Of a DNA stretch of 64,000 nt, positions 38,529-48,397 are shown in pieces. Source of the stretch: Candidatus Lustribacter sp. (lineage in GTDB: Bacteria; Vulcanimicrobiota; Vulcanimicrobiia; Vulcanimicrobiales; Vulcanimicrobiaceae). The notes under the pieces are model-generated. The model had not been told where the DNA came from. It worked only from the letters and a program-made list of their open reading frames with translations, and did no database searches. A program made the translations under genes and the position numbers. Positions within the stretch are counted from its first letter, which is position 1. Each line of letters opens with the position of its first letter. The stretch is from positions 2,464,001-2,528,000 of the forward strand of contig OZ255842.1 of assembly GCA_965277805.1 (NCBI GenBank), in the 5' to 3' direction.

Positions 38529-39569
38529 TCAGCCGGTTCCGGCGGCCTCATCCTCGCCGAGCGCCAGCGTTCCGCGAAGCGATGCCTCGATCGTTCCGAT
38601 CAGGTTGTGCTCCGCGAGCGTCACCGCATTGCGGATAGCGTTGCGGATCGCGATGCGGTTCGAGCGCCCGTGCGTCACGATGCAGCAGCCGCGCACGCCG
38701 AGCAGCGGCGCGCCGCCGTACGTATCGTAACGCAGCCGCGCGCGCAGCTTCTCGAACGACGGCTTCAGCAGCAGCGCCCCGACTTTTCCGAGCGGCGGCG
38801 CGTCGTCGATCATCTCGCGCAGCATCGTGTTGATGAACTGTCCGGCGCCTTCCGACGTCTTGAGGATCACGTTGCCGACGAACCCGTCGCAGACCACGAC
38901 GTCGGCGTGGTGCTCGTAGATGTCCTTGCCCTCGACGTGACCGATGAAGTGCAGCGGGGCATCGTCGAGCAGCGCCGCGGCTTCCAGCGTTTGCTGATTG
39001 CCCTTACTGCGCTCCTCACCGATCGAGATGATCCCGACGCGCGGCCGTTCGATGCCGAGCGCAATCTTCGCATAGGCATCGCCCATCAGCGCGAACTGCG
39101 CGATCCACTCCGGGCGGCAGTCGACGTTCGCGCCCGCATCGCAGAGCACGAACGGTCCGCCGATCGTCGGCAGCACCGCGGCGATCGCCGGTCGTGCGAT
39201 TCCGGGAATCGTACGCAGCCGTACGAGGGCGATGGCAAGGAAGGCGCCGCTGTTGCCGGCCGAAAGCGCGGCGTCGGCACTGCCGTCGCGCACCATCTCG
39301 ACCACGTGGCCCAAGCTGGTGTCGCGCGCTCCGCGCAGCGCCTGCGTCGCGTGCGCGTCCATGGCGATCTCGCCCGCGATGTGCACGACCTCGATCGCCC
39401 CGGCGGCATCGCCCAGGAGCGGCCGGATTTTCGCCTCATCGCCGACCAGCGCCAAATCGACCCCGCCGTCACGGTGCGCGAGGATCGCCCCGGCCACGAT
39501 CTCCGCAGGCGCGTTGTCGCCCCCCATCGCATCGATCGCGATTCGTGCGCGCTTGGTCTCGTTTTGCAC
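38529..39569 (-). CDS. plsX: Phosphate acyltransferase PlsX
   Basis: [42 protein letters not shown] start at 39569. Confidence 0.95.
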   Translation of the reverse strand: MQNETKRARIAIDAMGGDNAPAEIVAGAILAHRDGGVDLALVGDEAKIRPLLGDAAGAIEVVHIAGEIAMDAHATQALRGARDTSLGHVVEMVRDGSADAALSAGNSGAFLAIALVRLRTIPGIARPAIAAVLPTIGGPFVLCDAGANVDCRPEWIAQFALMGDAYAKIALGIERPRVGIISIGEERSKGNQQTLEAAALLDDAPLHFIGHVEGKDIYEHHADVVVCDGFVGNVILKTSEGAGQFINTMLREMIDDAPPLGKVGALLLKPSFEKLRARLRYDTYGGAPLLGVRGCCIVTHGRSNRIAIRNAIRNAVTLAEHNLIGTIEASLRGTLALGEDEAAGTG

Positions 39570-39612
39570 GTCCCGAGCCTTTTCGTCCAAGGTCCGATGG
39601 GCCTTGGCCCTT

Positions 39613-39693
39613 CCCTCGCCAAGCTCGGGCGGCAAGCAGCAACCTAAGCAGGCATTTTTTTTGGACCTGTCGCCCGAAGCTTGTCGAAGGGCG
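39613..39693. repeat. Inverted doublet of REP-like elements in the plsX-rpmB intergenic region
   Basis: Reverse complement of 39613-39634 (TGCCGCCCGAGCTTGGCGAGGG) resembles 39668-39693 (TGTCGCCCGAAGCTTGTCGAAGGGCG). Confidence 0.5.
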
Positions 39694-39718
39694 CTCAGCA
39701 TGTTACAATTCGCCTGTT

Positions 39719-39916
39719 ATGGCCAAGAGATGCGACGTTTGTGGTAAGGGTCCGATGGCGGGCAACAACGTCAGCCACGCAATGAACAAAACGAAGCGCC
39801 GTTGGCTGCCGAACCTGCAAGCCGTCCGGATCGACGATCGCGGTACCCACCGCACCGCTCGCGTCTGCACGAACTGCCTGCGTTCGAAGCGCGTCAAACG
39901 CGTCGGCGTCGCTTAA
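39719..39916 (+). CDS. rpmB: 50S ribosomal protein L28 (Zn-binding type)
   Basis: [31 protein letters not shown]...VCTNCLRS. Confidence 0.97.
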   Translation: MAKRCDVCGKGPMAGNNVSHAMNKTKRRWLPNLQAVRIDDRGTHRTARVCTNCLRSKRVKRVGVA

Positions 39917-39993
39917 GCGGTATCGTTCGGCCGCGATAAACTGCGGCCAAATGGACTGATGGATCTGTACCCATTCTTGGGAACGAGTAATGG

Positions 39994-40827
39994 GTGTATA
40001 CCTTGACCAAACGCGATAGCCTAACGATCCACGTCGGCTGCCAATTCGACTACAACAGCCAGCACGACGTGCCGGCCATCGTCCTCGTCCGCCCATCCGG
40101 GTTCGACGGAGTGCGCCTGATCAGTGAAACGTGGATGACCACGCCGCCCGTGCCGTATCACGACTACGTCGACATCTACGACAACGTCTGCCGCCGCCTC
40201 ACGCTGCCGGCCGGGCTCAACACGATCTACTATGATGCCCGCGTGGAAGCGCCGTTCGCGGCCGAAGACACCGACCCGTCCGCCCGCCAGACGCCGGTCG
40301 AGGAACTTCCGGACGACGTCCTCGTCTACACGCTGCCGAGCCGCTTCTGCCTCTCCGATGAGCTGTACGACCGGGCATTCCAGATGTTCGGCGGCACCGA
40401 GCCCACCTGGAACCGGGTGCAGACGATCGTCCAATACGTGCACGACCACGTGAAATTCGGCTACGAGTTCGCCGGGCCCACGCGCAATTCGAGTAACGTC
40501 TTGGCCGAGGCCACCGGGGTGTGCCGCGACTTCACGCACTTGGGGATCGCGCTCTGCCGGGCCATGAGCATCCCGGCGCGCTATGTCTTCGGCTACATTC
40601 CCGACATCGACGTACCGGTCTCCGATGCCCCGATGGACTTCTGCGCTTGGTTCGAGGCCTATCTCGACGGGCGCTGGTGGACGTTCGACCCGCGTAACAA
40701 TCAAGTCCGCCGCGGCCGCGTGATCATAGCGCGCGGGCGCGATGCTGCCGATGTACCAATGGTGACCACTTATGGCAATGCCTCGTTCCAGGGGATGACC
40801 TGTTGGGCGGAGCAACTTCTCGTATGA
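39994..40827 (+). CDS. Transglutaminase-like protein
   Basis: GVCRDFTHLGIALCRAMSIPARYVFGY; WWTFDP. Confidence 0.9.
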   Translation: MYTLTKRDSLTIHVGCQFDYNSQHDVPAIVLVRPSGFDGVRLISETWMTTPPVPYHDYVDIYDNVCRRLTLPAGLNTIYYDARVEAPFAAEDTDPSARQTPVEELPDDVLVYTLPSRFCLSDELYDRAFQMFGGTEPTWNRVQTIVQYVHDHVKFGYEFAGPTRNSSNVLAEATGVCRDFTHLGIALCRAMSIPARYVFGYIPDIDVPVSDAPMDFCAWFEAYLDGRWWTFDPRNNQVRRGRVIIARGRDAADVPMVTTYGNASFQGMTCWAEQLLV

Positions 40828-41708
40828 CCGAGTTTCGTGGGGACTCGATCGACGAACGCACTGTTGACTGGCAGGGCGTCGTTACCGCGCGGTACGCGGT
40901 AGCGCAAACGCTTCGCTACGAGTACGAAAAGCCGATCGCTAACCTCCAGCATCAGCTCATCATCGTCCCGCGCCTGCGCCATCTCGATCAACAGCGGCTG
41001 GCCAATCATCTCTCGGCTTCGGGCGTGGGCCCGCTCGCGCTCGAGAGCGACGAGTTCGGCAACGACATTGCCGCCGTGAGCGTCGCGCACATCGAGCGCG
41101 AGATCGTGTTCTCGCTCGAAGCAACGATCCTGCGCGACCACCGGCTCGGGAAAACGTGCCCGACCGCGCTCGATTTGATCGACCCGCGCTGGACCGGCGG
41201 CCGCCGTCTGACGCGCGCGAACGATGCCCTCAACCAGGTCGCCGCAGAGTTTCGCTCGCTGCATCCCAACCAGCACGAACTCGCCGTCGAGATCGTCCAC
41301 TACGTGCACGCGCACATGACGTACACCAAAGGCGTCACCGACGTGTTCACGACCGCGGCCACCGCCTTCGCGCAGGCACGCGGCGTGTGCCAAGATTATG
41401 CGCACGTCGCGATCTCGATCGCGCGAGCGGCCGGTCTCAGCGCGCGCTACGTCTCGGGACATCTGCTCGGTGAAGGCGCGACGCATGCCTGGGTGGAGTT
41501 CCTGGTTGCCGATCGCAAGCACGGCCCGCTCGTGCTCTCGTACGATCCCACCTACTGCAAGGAAACGGACTTCCGCTACATCGTCGTAGCGATCGGCCGC
41601 GACTACGACGACGTGCCGCCGACCTCGGGTGTCTTCACCGGTCCGAAGTCGGGCAAACTTCACGGGCAGCAGAGCGTGCGGCTCGTCGAAGTTACGTACG
41701 CTGCGTAG
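40824..41708 (+). CDS. Transglutaminase-like protein (bacterial N-domain type)
   Basis: GVCQDYAH; ARYVSGHL..ATHAWVE; GRDYDDVPP; ATG 40824 overlaps the previous stop. Confidence 0.9.
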   Translation: MTEFRGDSIDERTVDWQGVVTARYAVAQTLRYEYEKPIANLQHQLIIVPRLRHLDQQRLANHLSASGVGPLALESDEFGNDIAAVSVAHIEREIVFSLEATILRDHRLGKTCPTALDLIDPRWTGGRRLTRANDALNQVAAEFRSLHPNQHELAVEIVHYVHAHMTYTKGVTDVFTTAATAFAQARGVCQDYAHVAISIARAAGLSARYVSGHLLGEGATHAWVEFLVADRKHGPLVLSYDPTYCKETDFRYIVVAIGRDYDDVPPTSGVFTGPKSGKLHGQQSVRLVEVTYAA

Positions 41709-42408
41709 CGATCTTCGCGAGATAGTCCCAGCCGCGCTCGCCGTCGGCTAACACCTGCGCCACGCCGCGGCCTTCGGCGGCGTTGATGTAGGCCGGCGTG
41801 CCGCCCGCCATCAGCGTTTGCCCCAGAATGCGCGCGTTCACGACCGCATACACCGCAAACAGCACCGCCTGCTTCACGGAGCGCGCGACGATCGTCGCGC
41901 CGTGACCGCGCATGAGCACGGCCGCGCGGTTCGCGAGCGTTTGCGCGAGCGCCGCGCCCTGCTCGTTCGAGCGAATAAGCATGTCGGTGTCGGGCCCGAA
42001 GCGCTCGCGAATCTCGAACACGGGCAACGGGTCTTCGCCTTGAAAACCGGCCATGTGATAGATCGGCCGCAGCGGAATGCCGCTCGCGCCGAACATCACG
42101 AGTTCCGGCGCATGGCAGTGCACGACCGCGTGCACGTCGGGACGCGCCAGATAGATCTGGCCGTGGATGAAGCGTTCGCCGTACGTGCGGTGCAGGTGAC
42201 CGGCCGGATCATTGTTGAGCTTCCAGCGAAACACGTTCTTCGCCCGGACGTTCCCCGGCGGCGAAGCATCGCCGATGTAGTAGAGGTTCGGATCGTCCTC
42301 GCAGCGCGCGCTGATGTGACCGTAGCCGTCGAGAACGCCCTGATGTGCGAGGATGCGATTCGCCGTCACCAGATCGGCGAGAACCGATGACTTCTTCGCT
42401 TTAGGCAC
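41692..42408 (-). CDS. Class II aldolase/adducin family protein (possible decarboxylase)
   Basis: GHISAR; ERFIHGQIY.ARPDVHAVVHCHAP; LMRGHG. Confidence 0.88.
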   Translation of the reverse strand: MPKAKKSSVLADLVTANRILAHQGVLDGYGHISARCEDDPNLYYIGDASPPGNVRAKNVFRWKLNNDPAGHLHRTYGERFIHGQIYLARPDVHAVVHCHAPELVMFGASGIPLRPIYHMAGFQGEDPLPVFEIRERFGPDTDMLIRSNEQGAALAQTLANRAAVLMRGHGATIVARSVKQAVLFAVYAVVNARILGQTLMAGGTPAYINAAEGRGVAQVLADGERGWDYLAKIATQRT

Positions 42409-42832
42409 TCACGTCGCCGCGGGCGAAGGCTTCGTCGTAGACATCACCGCTCGTGTTGGAGATCTCCCACCAATTCCCATCGAGATCGCGGAGCGTGAAC
42501 GAACGCACCGCCCCGTGCACTTCGATCGGTCCGATCTCTTTGATCTTGTGCTCGTCCTTCGAACGCAAGGCCGCATCGCGCGCCGCGTCGACTTCCTGGG
42601 CGGAAGTTACGCGCAGGCAGAAGCGGTTTTCAACGCCCTGGGGCTTCGTCTCGACGCCGATCCCGACGCACACGAGCGACCAAACGCCGCCCTTCCACAA
42701 ATACTGTGCCGCCGGCAGCGGTCGCACCGAACCCAAGCCGAGGACCTCTTCGTAGAAGCGGCGCGACGATTTGATGTCCATGCACTCGATCGTGCCGTGC
42801 GAGAGGCGTGTATTGGGAACGAGCGCGGTCAT
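42401..42832 (-). CDS. VOC/glyoxalase family protein
   Basis: LSHGTIEC..SRRFYEEVLGL; SFTLRDLDGNWWEI. Confidence 0.85.
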   Translation of the reverse strand: MTALVPNTRLSHGTIECMDIKSSRRFYEEVLGLGSVRPLPAAQYLWKGGVWSLVCVGIGVETKPQGVENRFCLRVTSAQEVDAARDAALRSKDEHKIKEIGPIEVHGAVRSFTLRDLDGNWWEISNTSGDVYDEAFARGDVSA

Positions 42833-43317
42833 ACTGCGTCGCCTTTTTCGCGCAGCGTCGTGTACTGCTTCTTGGGAGCGCGGTGCTCGACTTCCCACCA
42901 GTTGCTGTCAAAGTCGTCGAAGTAGAACGAGTACGCGCCGTGGTTGGCCTTCGGCTTCTGCACTTGACGGATGCCGTAGCGGTCCTTGTTCTCGACCAGC
43001 ATCGCGTAGGCGCGATCGACGTCGCTTTGCGTGGCGACGAACACACCCCAATGGTTGAGGAACGACTGCGGGTTCGGAATTTCCTTGACTTCGTTGACTT
43101 CGAGCACGAGATACGGCTGGCCGTGCAGCGCTTCCCCCGGGCGGTGACCCTTTTCGCGCACGTAGAGCGAGCCCGGCTTATACATCACGCACTCCAGATC
43201 GAGCGCTTCCTCGAGCAGGCGCCGTACCTTCACCAAATCCGTGGTGAGGAACGTGCCGCGTTCGAGCGAGGTCGTGTTGATCGCGGCGGCCGGTCGTTCG
43301 AGCTGAGTTGAAGTCAT
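42829..43317 (-). CDS. VOC/glyoxalase family protein
   Basis: NHWGVFV; YSFYFDDFDSNWWEVE. Confidence 0.8.
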   Translation of the reverse strand: MTSTQLERPAAAINTTSLERGTFLTTDLVKVRRLLEEALDLECVMYKPGSLYVREKGHRPGEALHGQPYLVLEVNEVKEIPNPQSFLNHWGVFVATQSDVDRAYAMLVENKDRYGIRQVQKPKANHGAYSFYFDDFDSNWWEVEHRAPKKQYTTLREKGDAV

Positions 43318-43332
43318 GGTATACCTCCGGGT

Positions 43333-44274
43333 CTACAGGTCGAGGACGAGGGTTTCGTCGGGTAACGCGCGCGAGACGCAGATCTGCATCATCGTCTTGC
43401 GGTCTTCGGGGTCGAGCACGCTGTCGCGATGATCGACTTTGCCGGATACGTAGCGGGTGGTGCAGACTTCGCAGTATCCTTCGCGGCAGATCGAACGTAC
43501 GCGCACGTCATTCTCCGCCAGCACTTCGAGGATCGTGCGGTCGGCCGGAATGTGAAAGGTGACGTTGCGCCGCTTCAGATGGACGTCGAACGGCTTGTTT
43601 GCGGTCGCAACCTCGACGCGGCCCGAACCGAAGAGTTCGAAGTGGACCGTGCCCTTCGGCCAATCCTTCGCTGCGTTGCGCACGGCTTGGATCAGGCCCG
43701 GCGGCCCGCACACGTAGACGTGCGTTCCGGGTTCGCGCACGCGCAGCAGCGCTTCGACGTCGAGCATCTGCTCGCGCAGGCCGCCGTCGTGATGGAACAC
43801 GTGCCGGTCGCCGAATCGCCGTTCGATCACTTCCGCAAAGGCGGTTTCTTCGCGATTGCGCGTGCAGTAGTAGAGCTTGAAGTCGATGCCGAGTTCGTCG
43901 AGGCGCTCGGCCATCGAGAGGATCGGGGTGATGCCGATGCCGCCGGCGATCAAGAAGTTGTGGTCGCCGCCTTCGTCGAGTTCGAACCGGTTCTGCGGCG
44001 GCGTGATGCTGAGGACGTCACCGGGCTTGAGCGAATCGTGCACCCAGGCCGAACCGCCGCCGCCCGCTTCTTCGCGCAACACGGCGATCACGTAGCGATT
44101 GCGTTCGCCCGGACGGTTCAACAGCGAGTACGAACGCACGAGCCCGTTGGGCAGCGTGACGTCGACGTGCGCGCCGGCCTCGAACTCCGGCAACGGCGCG
44201 CCGGTTGGATCGATCAGTTCGAACGACTTGATGCGCGGCGTGATTTGTTCGGCACTGCGAACGACAACGTCCAT
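43333..44274 (-). CDS. PDR/VanB family FMN/2Fe-2S oxidoreductase
   Basis: RSYSL, IAGGIGITPI, YVCGP; CREGYCEVC...ICVS ferredoxin; ATG at 44274. Confidence 0.92.
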   Translation of the reverse strand: MDVVVRSAEQITPRIKSFELIDPTGAPLPEFEAGAHVDVTLPNGLVRSYSLLNRPGERNRYVIAVLREEAGGGGSAWVHDSLKPGDVLSITPPQNRFELDEGGDHNFLIAGGIGITPILSMAERLDELGIDFKLYYCTRNREETAFAEVIERRFGDRHVFHHDGGLREQMLDVEALLRVREPGTHVYVCGPPGLIQAVRNAAKDWPKGTVHFELFGSGRVEVATANKPFDVHLKRRNVTFHIPADRTILEVLAENDVRVRSICREGYCEVCTTRYVSGKVDHRDSVLDPEDRKTMMQICVSRALPDETLVLDL

Positions 44275-44314
44275 CTTATGGAGTACAGTCGGTGAAAAGT
44301 AGTATCCTGCCCTT

Positions 44315-45205
44315 ATGACCGTACGGATGGAATCGCTCGTTGCGGGCGACGGCCGCCTTTTAGACGTGCTCGCCGGCGGCGCCGAGCGCGGGCCGGCGCT
44401 CGTGATGCACCACGGCACGCCGTCGGATGCGACCCTATGGGCCGATTGGGATGCGGTCGCAAGCGAACGCGGCATCCGCCTGCTCTCGATCTCGCGTCCC
44501 GGCTATGCGACCTCGGCGCGGCAGCCCGGGCGGCACGTCGCCGGCGTTGCGGCCGACGTCGCAGCGGTGTTAGCGCACTTCGACGTGCCCTGGTTCGTCA
44601 CGGCCGGATGGTCGGGCGGCGGCCCGCACGCGCTGGCCTGCGCGGCACTGCTCGGCTCGCGCTGTCGCGCCGCGGCAACCCTCGCCGGCGTCGGCGCGTA
44701 CGGCGTGAGCGACCTCGACTTCCTCGAGGGGATGGGGCCGGAAAATCACGCCGAGTTCGGCGCGGCGCTGCGCGGTGAAGGCGACGTGCGCGCGTGGCTC
44801 GGCGCCAACGCCGAAGCGCTGCGCAACGTGACCGGGCCCGAACTCGCGGATGCGTTCGGCGGACTCGTACCGCAGGCCGACAAGGACGTCTTGGCCGGCG
44901 GTTTTGCCGCCGGCATGGCGGCGACGATGCGGCGTGCGCTAGCGGGCGGCTTCGACGGCTGGGTTGATGACGATCTGGCCTTCATCCAACCGTGGGGCTT
45001 TGATCTTACGGCGATCGCCGTACCGGTTGCAATTTGGCAAGGCGATTTGGATCTGATGGTGCCGTTCGCGCACGGTGCGTGGCTACGGCGGCACGTTCCG
45101 CCTGCAACCTCGCACGCAGCGCCGGGTCACGGCCACATCTCGCTCATCGTAACGTACCGGACCGCGATCGTCGACGATTTGCTGGCCGCGGCCGCACGCG
45201 CGTAG
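44315..45205 (+). CDS. Alpha/beta hydrolase
   Basis: HHGTP; GWSGGGP nucleophile elbow; D..VP; GHGH. Confidence 0.9.
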   Translation: MTVRMESLVAGDGRLLDVLAGGAERGPALVMHHGTPSDATLWADWDAVASERGIRLLSISRPGYATSARQPGRHVAGVAADVAAVLAHFDVPWFVTAGWSGGGPHALACAALLGSRCRAAATLAGVGAYGVSDLDFLEGMGPENHAEFGAALRGEGDVRAWLGANAEALRNVTGPELADAFGGLVPQADKDVLAGGFAAGMAATMRRALAGGFDGWVDDDLAFIQPWGFDLTAIAVPVAIWQGDLDLMVPFAHGAWLRRHVPPATSHAAPGHGHISLIVTYRTAIVDDLLAAAARA

Positions 45206-45211
45206 CTCTTC

Positions 45212-45733
45212 GTGCTCCTGAAAATCATGCGGTTCGACGCGCCGGACGCGCGGGCGTTCGTGAACGGCGAACACGATGCCATCGCCGGGAACCAGGACGA
45301 AACATACACCGGCGCTGAGGTCGCCTTGTTCGAAACGATCTGCGAGATTCCGGGCGAAGCCGAAACGCTTGCCGCGGCATTCGTGCAGGCAACGTATCTC
45401 CGGCTCGCCGACTGCACGATTCGCGCCGAACGCACGCAACATTTCCGCGCGGTGCAAGAGAACGTTTGGAACGCGGGCCTGGCCCGCGCGCCGGGGATGC
45501 TGGGCGGCGCGTTCGCCGTTTCATACGACGACGTGCTGCGGTACGCGGTGGCGACGTTCTGGAGCGACGAAGGCGCCCACCGCAATTATCAGGAGCAGAT
45601 CTTTCCCGCACTCAACGCGCTCGCCGGCGTCAACGCCGACGCGGCGCGCGTGGCGGGTTACCGGATCAATCTGCTGCCGGAGTGGCGTGTTCCAAGTGAT
45701 CCCAGCCCGCGCGCGCGATCGGATCACCGTTAG
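45212..45733 (+). CDS. Hypothetical protein (DUF4937/dimeric alpha-beta barrel-like)
   Basis: QENVWNAGLARAPGMLGGAF pattern; host codon usage. Confidence 0.55.
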   Translation: MLLKIMRFDAPDARAFVNGEHDAIAGNQDETYTGAEVALFETICEIPGEAETLAAAFVQATYLRLADCTIRAERTQHFRAVQENVWNAGLARAPGMLGGAFAVSYDDVLRYAVATFWSDEGAHRNYQEQIFPALNALAGVNADAARVAGYRINLLPEWRVPSDPSPRARSDHR

Positions 45734-46661
45734 CGCGGCGTACTCCCGGCTCGGCCGTCGCAACGCCGACGCGCAGGAGCGGCCGGCCGAAGCGCGCGTG
45801 AAAGCGTCCGGCCAAGTGCGTGAACGCGCGCGCCGCAACCGAGATCAGCAGTTCGAAGTCTTCGCCGCCGTCGAGCGCCCAGCGTTCGGCATCCGCGCCG
45901 GCGCGCTGCGCGATCGCGCGCGCGCTCTCGGCCACCGGAATCCTCTCGAGAGTGGCGCCCGCGTTCGAGGCGCGGACTAAGCGCGCGAGGTCGGTCGAGA
46001 GACCGTCGGAGGTATCCATCATCGCGCGCACGTTGCGCGATGCGCCGAGCCAACGCCCCTCCGAGAGCCGCGGTTCCGGCGTGCGAAACGCGCGCAGCGC
46101 ATCCGCCGCCGCCGGATCGTCGAGCAGTTCACGATGTTCGATCGTAACGGCGAGACCGGCGCGGCTCGCGCCCAGCGGGCCGGTCACCGCGATCACGTCG
46201 CCGGGTAACATCGCGCCGCGCGTCTTGAGGTTGGACGGGCGCACTTCGCCGACGATCGTGATCGAAATGGTGATCGCGGGCGCGCGCACGATGTCGCCGC
46301 CTGCAATCGCGCACTTCGTCCGTTCGGCGAGCGCGGCGATCCCGCGGTAACAGTCGAGGATCCAGGCTTCATCCGCATCCGGACCGACGCCGAAGGCAAT
46401 CGTCGCCAGCACCGGCTTCGCGCCCATCGCGGCGATATCGGAGAGGTTCGAGGCCAGCGCCCGATGTCCGACGTCGGCGGCGCTCATCGCGGCGCGGGTG
46501 AAGTGCACGCCTTCGATCAGCGCGTCGGTCGTGATCACGCTGCGCGCCGAGCGCGACGGCTGCCACACGGCCGCATCGTCGCCGATGCCCACGAGCAACG
46601 CACTCGGAGCCGCCTGCGATACGATCGCCTGCAGCTTCGCGATCAGGTCGTCTTCGGTCAC
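45666..46661 (-). CDS. thiL: Thiamine-monophosphate kinase
   Basis: GIGDDAAV; EGVHF; NLSDIAAMGA; DTSDGL; GGEDFELL; GTG start at 46661. Confidence 0.95.
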   Translation of the reverse strand: MTEDDLIAKLQAIVSQAAPSALLVGIGDDAAVWQPSRSARSVITTDALIEGVHFTRAAMSAADVGHRALASNLSDIAAMGAKPVLATIAFGVGPDADEAWILDCYRGIAALAERTKCAIAGGDIVRAPAITISITIVGEVRPSNLKTRGAMLPGDVIAVTGPLGASRAGLAVTIEHRELLDDPAAADALRAFRTPEPRLSEGRWLGASRNVRAMMDTSDGLSTDLARLVRASNAGATLERIPVAESARAIAQRAGADAERWALDGGEDFELLISVAARAFTHLAGRFHARFGRPLLRVGVATAEPGVRRANGDPIARAGWDHLEHATPAAD

Positions 46662-47329
46662 TTGCTGACGGAGTCGATGCGGCGGCGCAGCTCGCGCATC
46701 GCCGCCGGCGGATCGGCCGCGCCGAACACGCTCGAACCGGCGATCAGCATCGTCGCGCCGGCCTCGACCGCGCGCTCGATGTTCGCCTCGCCGATGCCGC
46801 CGTCGACTTCGATGTCGCACTCGGGATTACGCTCGGCAACGAGGGCGCGCACCTCGCGCAGCTTCACCAGCGCACGCTCGATAAAGGCTTGCCCGCCGAA
46901 GCCGGGGTTCACGCTCATCACGAGGATCTGATCGCATTCTTCGATCAGGTCGACCAGCATCGCGGTCGGCGTCTGCGGGTTGATCCCGATACCGGCGCGC
47001 GCACCGATGCTGCGCAGGTGCTGCAAGAGCCGGTGCGCGTGCGGCGTCGCCTCGTAGTGGAAGGTGATGATGTCGGCGCCGGCCTTGCGAAAATCGTCGA
47101 CGTACTTCTCGGGTTCGACGATCATCAGGTGACAATCGAACGGCAGCGTGGTCAGCTTGCGCAGATCCGCGACGATCTTCGGGCCCCACGTGAAGTTCGG
47201 CACGAAACGGCCGTCCATCGAGTCGAGGTGCAGCGCATTTGCGCCGGCAGCTTCGACCATCTTGATCTGGCCCGCGATGTCGGCGAAATCGGCCGAGAGC
47301 AGCGAGGGGGCCAGTTTGACCGCCGGCAT
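46658..47329 (-). CDS. rpe: Ribulose-phosphate 3-epimerase
   Basis: APSLLSADF; HLDSMDGRFVPN; MSVNPGFGGQ; VDGGI. Confidence 0.96.
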   Translation of the reverse strand: MPAVKLAPSLLSADFADIAGQIKMVEAAGANALHLDSMDGRFVPNFTWGPKIVADLRKLTTLPFDCHLMIVEPEKYVDDFRKAGADIITFHYEATPHAHRLLQHLRSIGARAGIGINPQTPTAMLVDLIEECDQILVMSVNPGFGGQAFIERALVKLREVRALVAERNPECDIEVDGGIGEANIERAVEAGATMLIAGSSVFGAADPPAAMRELRRRIDSVSK

Positions 47330-48384
47330 CAGTGCGTCGGCGCCGTCGGCGCGGAGGGATGCTTGAGCTGAGGCGGTTCTTTTCCGATCGTAGCCACATC
47401 CAGCAGTTCGTTGTTCACGTAGGTATCCAGCTCGGCGGTTCCGATCGCGGTCACCGTGAGGTCGAGCTTCTGCCCGCCTTGCGCGTAACCGTCGTAGACG
47501 TTCCAGGTACCGGTGTCGTCACGCACCTGCATTCGCACGTGCGCCGTATCGTCGTGCACCGGGATGTCGGCGGTGACGTGCACCTGACGCACGAGGTAGC
47601 CGTATTCGGTCGGACCGGCACTTACCTGAAGCGACGTCAGCGTGAACGGATCGATGTTCGCGCCCGCAGCCGGCGACTGCCGTACCACCGTTCCGCGCGC
47701 CGGACCGTCCGGTCCGAACGGCGTCCACACGACTTGCCCCAAGTGCACTTTCGCCGCCGTCGCCACATCGCGCGCCTCGTCGATCCCCATGTTGACGAAA
47801 TTCGGCACCTTGACGTTTGCCGGTGGACCTTTGCTCAGCGTGAGCGTCACGTTCGTACCCTCGCGCACGCTCGTCAGCGGCGGCGGAACCTGATCGATGA
47901 CGTGGTTGGCCGGGATGTCGTCATTGGGGACGGTCTTCGTTCCCGCCAGCGTGAGCTTGACGTTGCCGAGTTCCAACTGCACGTTGCGCAGCGATTCGAA
48001 ACGCAGATCGGGCATCGGAAAGATGTGAATGCCGGTGCTGACCACGAGCGAGACCGCGCGGCCTTCGCGCACGTGCGAGCCGGCCGCGGGCTGCTGGCCC
48101 ATTACCACGTCCTGCGGGTACTGCTCGCTCGGCTGACGCGCGATCACCGAACAGTTCAAGTGCAGCCGGCCGCACTCCGAGGACGCGTCGTCGAACGTCT
48201 GACCGCTGAAGGCGGGCAGCAGCACGTCGCCCGAACTGCCGAAAAAATCCTGAACCGAGTGTCCGAACCACACCACCACCGCGACGAAAAATGCCAGCGA
48301 AAGGGCGAGGACCCAATCGCGGTCCAGCACCGTTGCGAACGACGCCCGCAACGGCCGGCGCGGCGGCGCGGCAGTGTCGCTCAC
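47329..48384 (-). CDS. Membrane-anchored 3x PASTA domain protein without kinase domain
   Basis: Single TM, three PASTA repeats (..QQPAAG..V.LVVSTG; QVPPP..LTLSKG; QSPAAG..LQVSAG), beta-rich C-terminal domain. Confidence 0.85.
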   Translation of the reverse strand: MSDTAAPPRRPLRASFATVLDRDWVLALSLAFFVAVVVWFGHSVQDFFGSSGDVLLPAFSGQTFDDASSECGRLHLNCSVIARQPSEQYPQDVVMGQQPAAGSHVREGRAVSLVVSTGIHIFPMPDLRFESLRNVQLELGNVKLTLAGTKTVPNDDIPANHVIDQVPPPLTSVREGTNVTLTLSKGPPANVKVPNFVNMGIDEARDVATAAKVHLGQVVWTPFGPDGPARGTVVRQSPAAGANIDPFTLTSLQVSAGPTEYGYLVRQVHVTADIPVHDDTAHVRMQVRDDTGTWNVYDGYAQGGQKLDLTVTAIGTAELDTYVNNELLDVATIGKEPPQLKHPSAPTAPTH

Positions 48385-48397
48385 GCCGGCGACGTCC

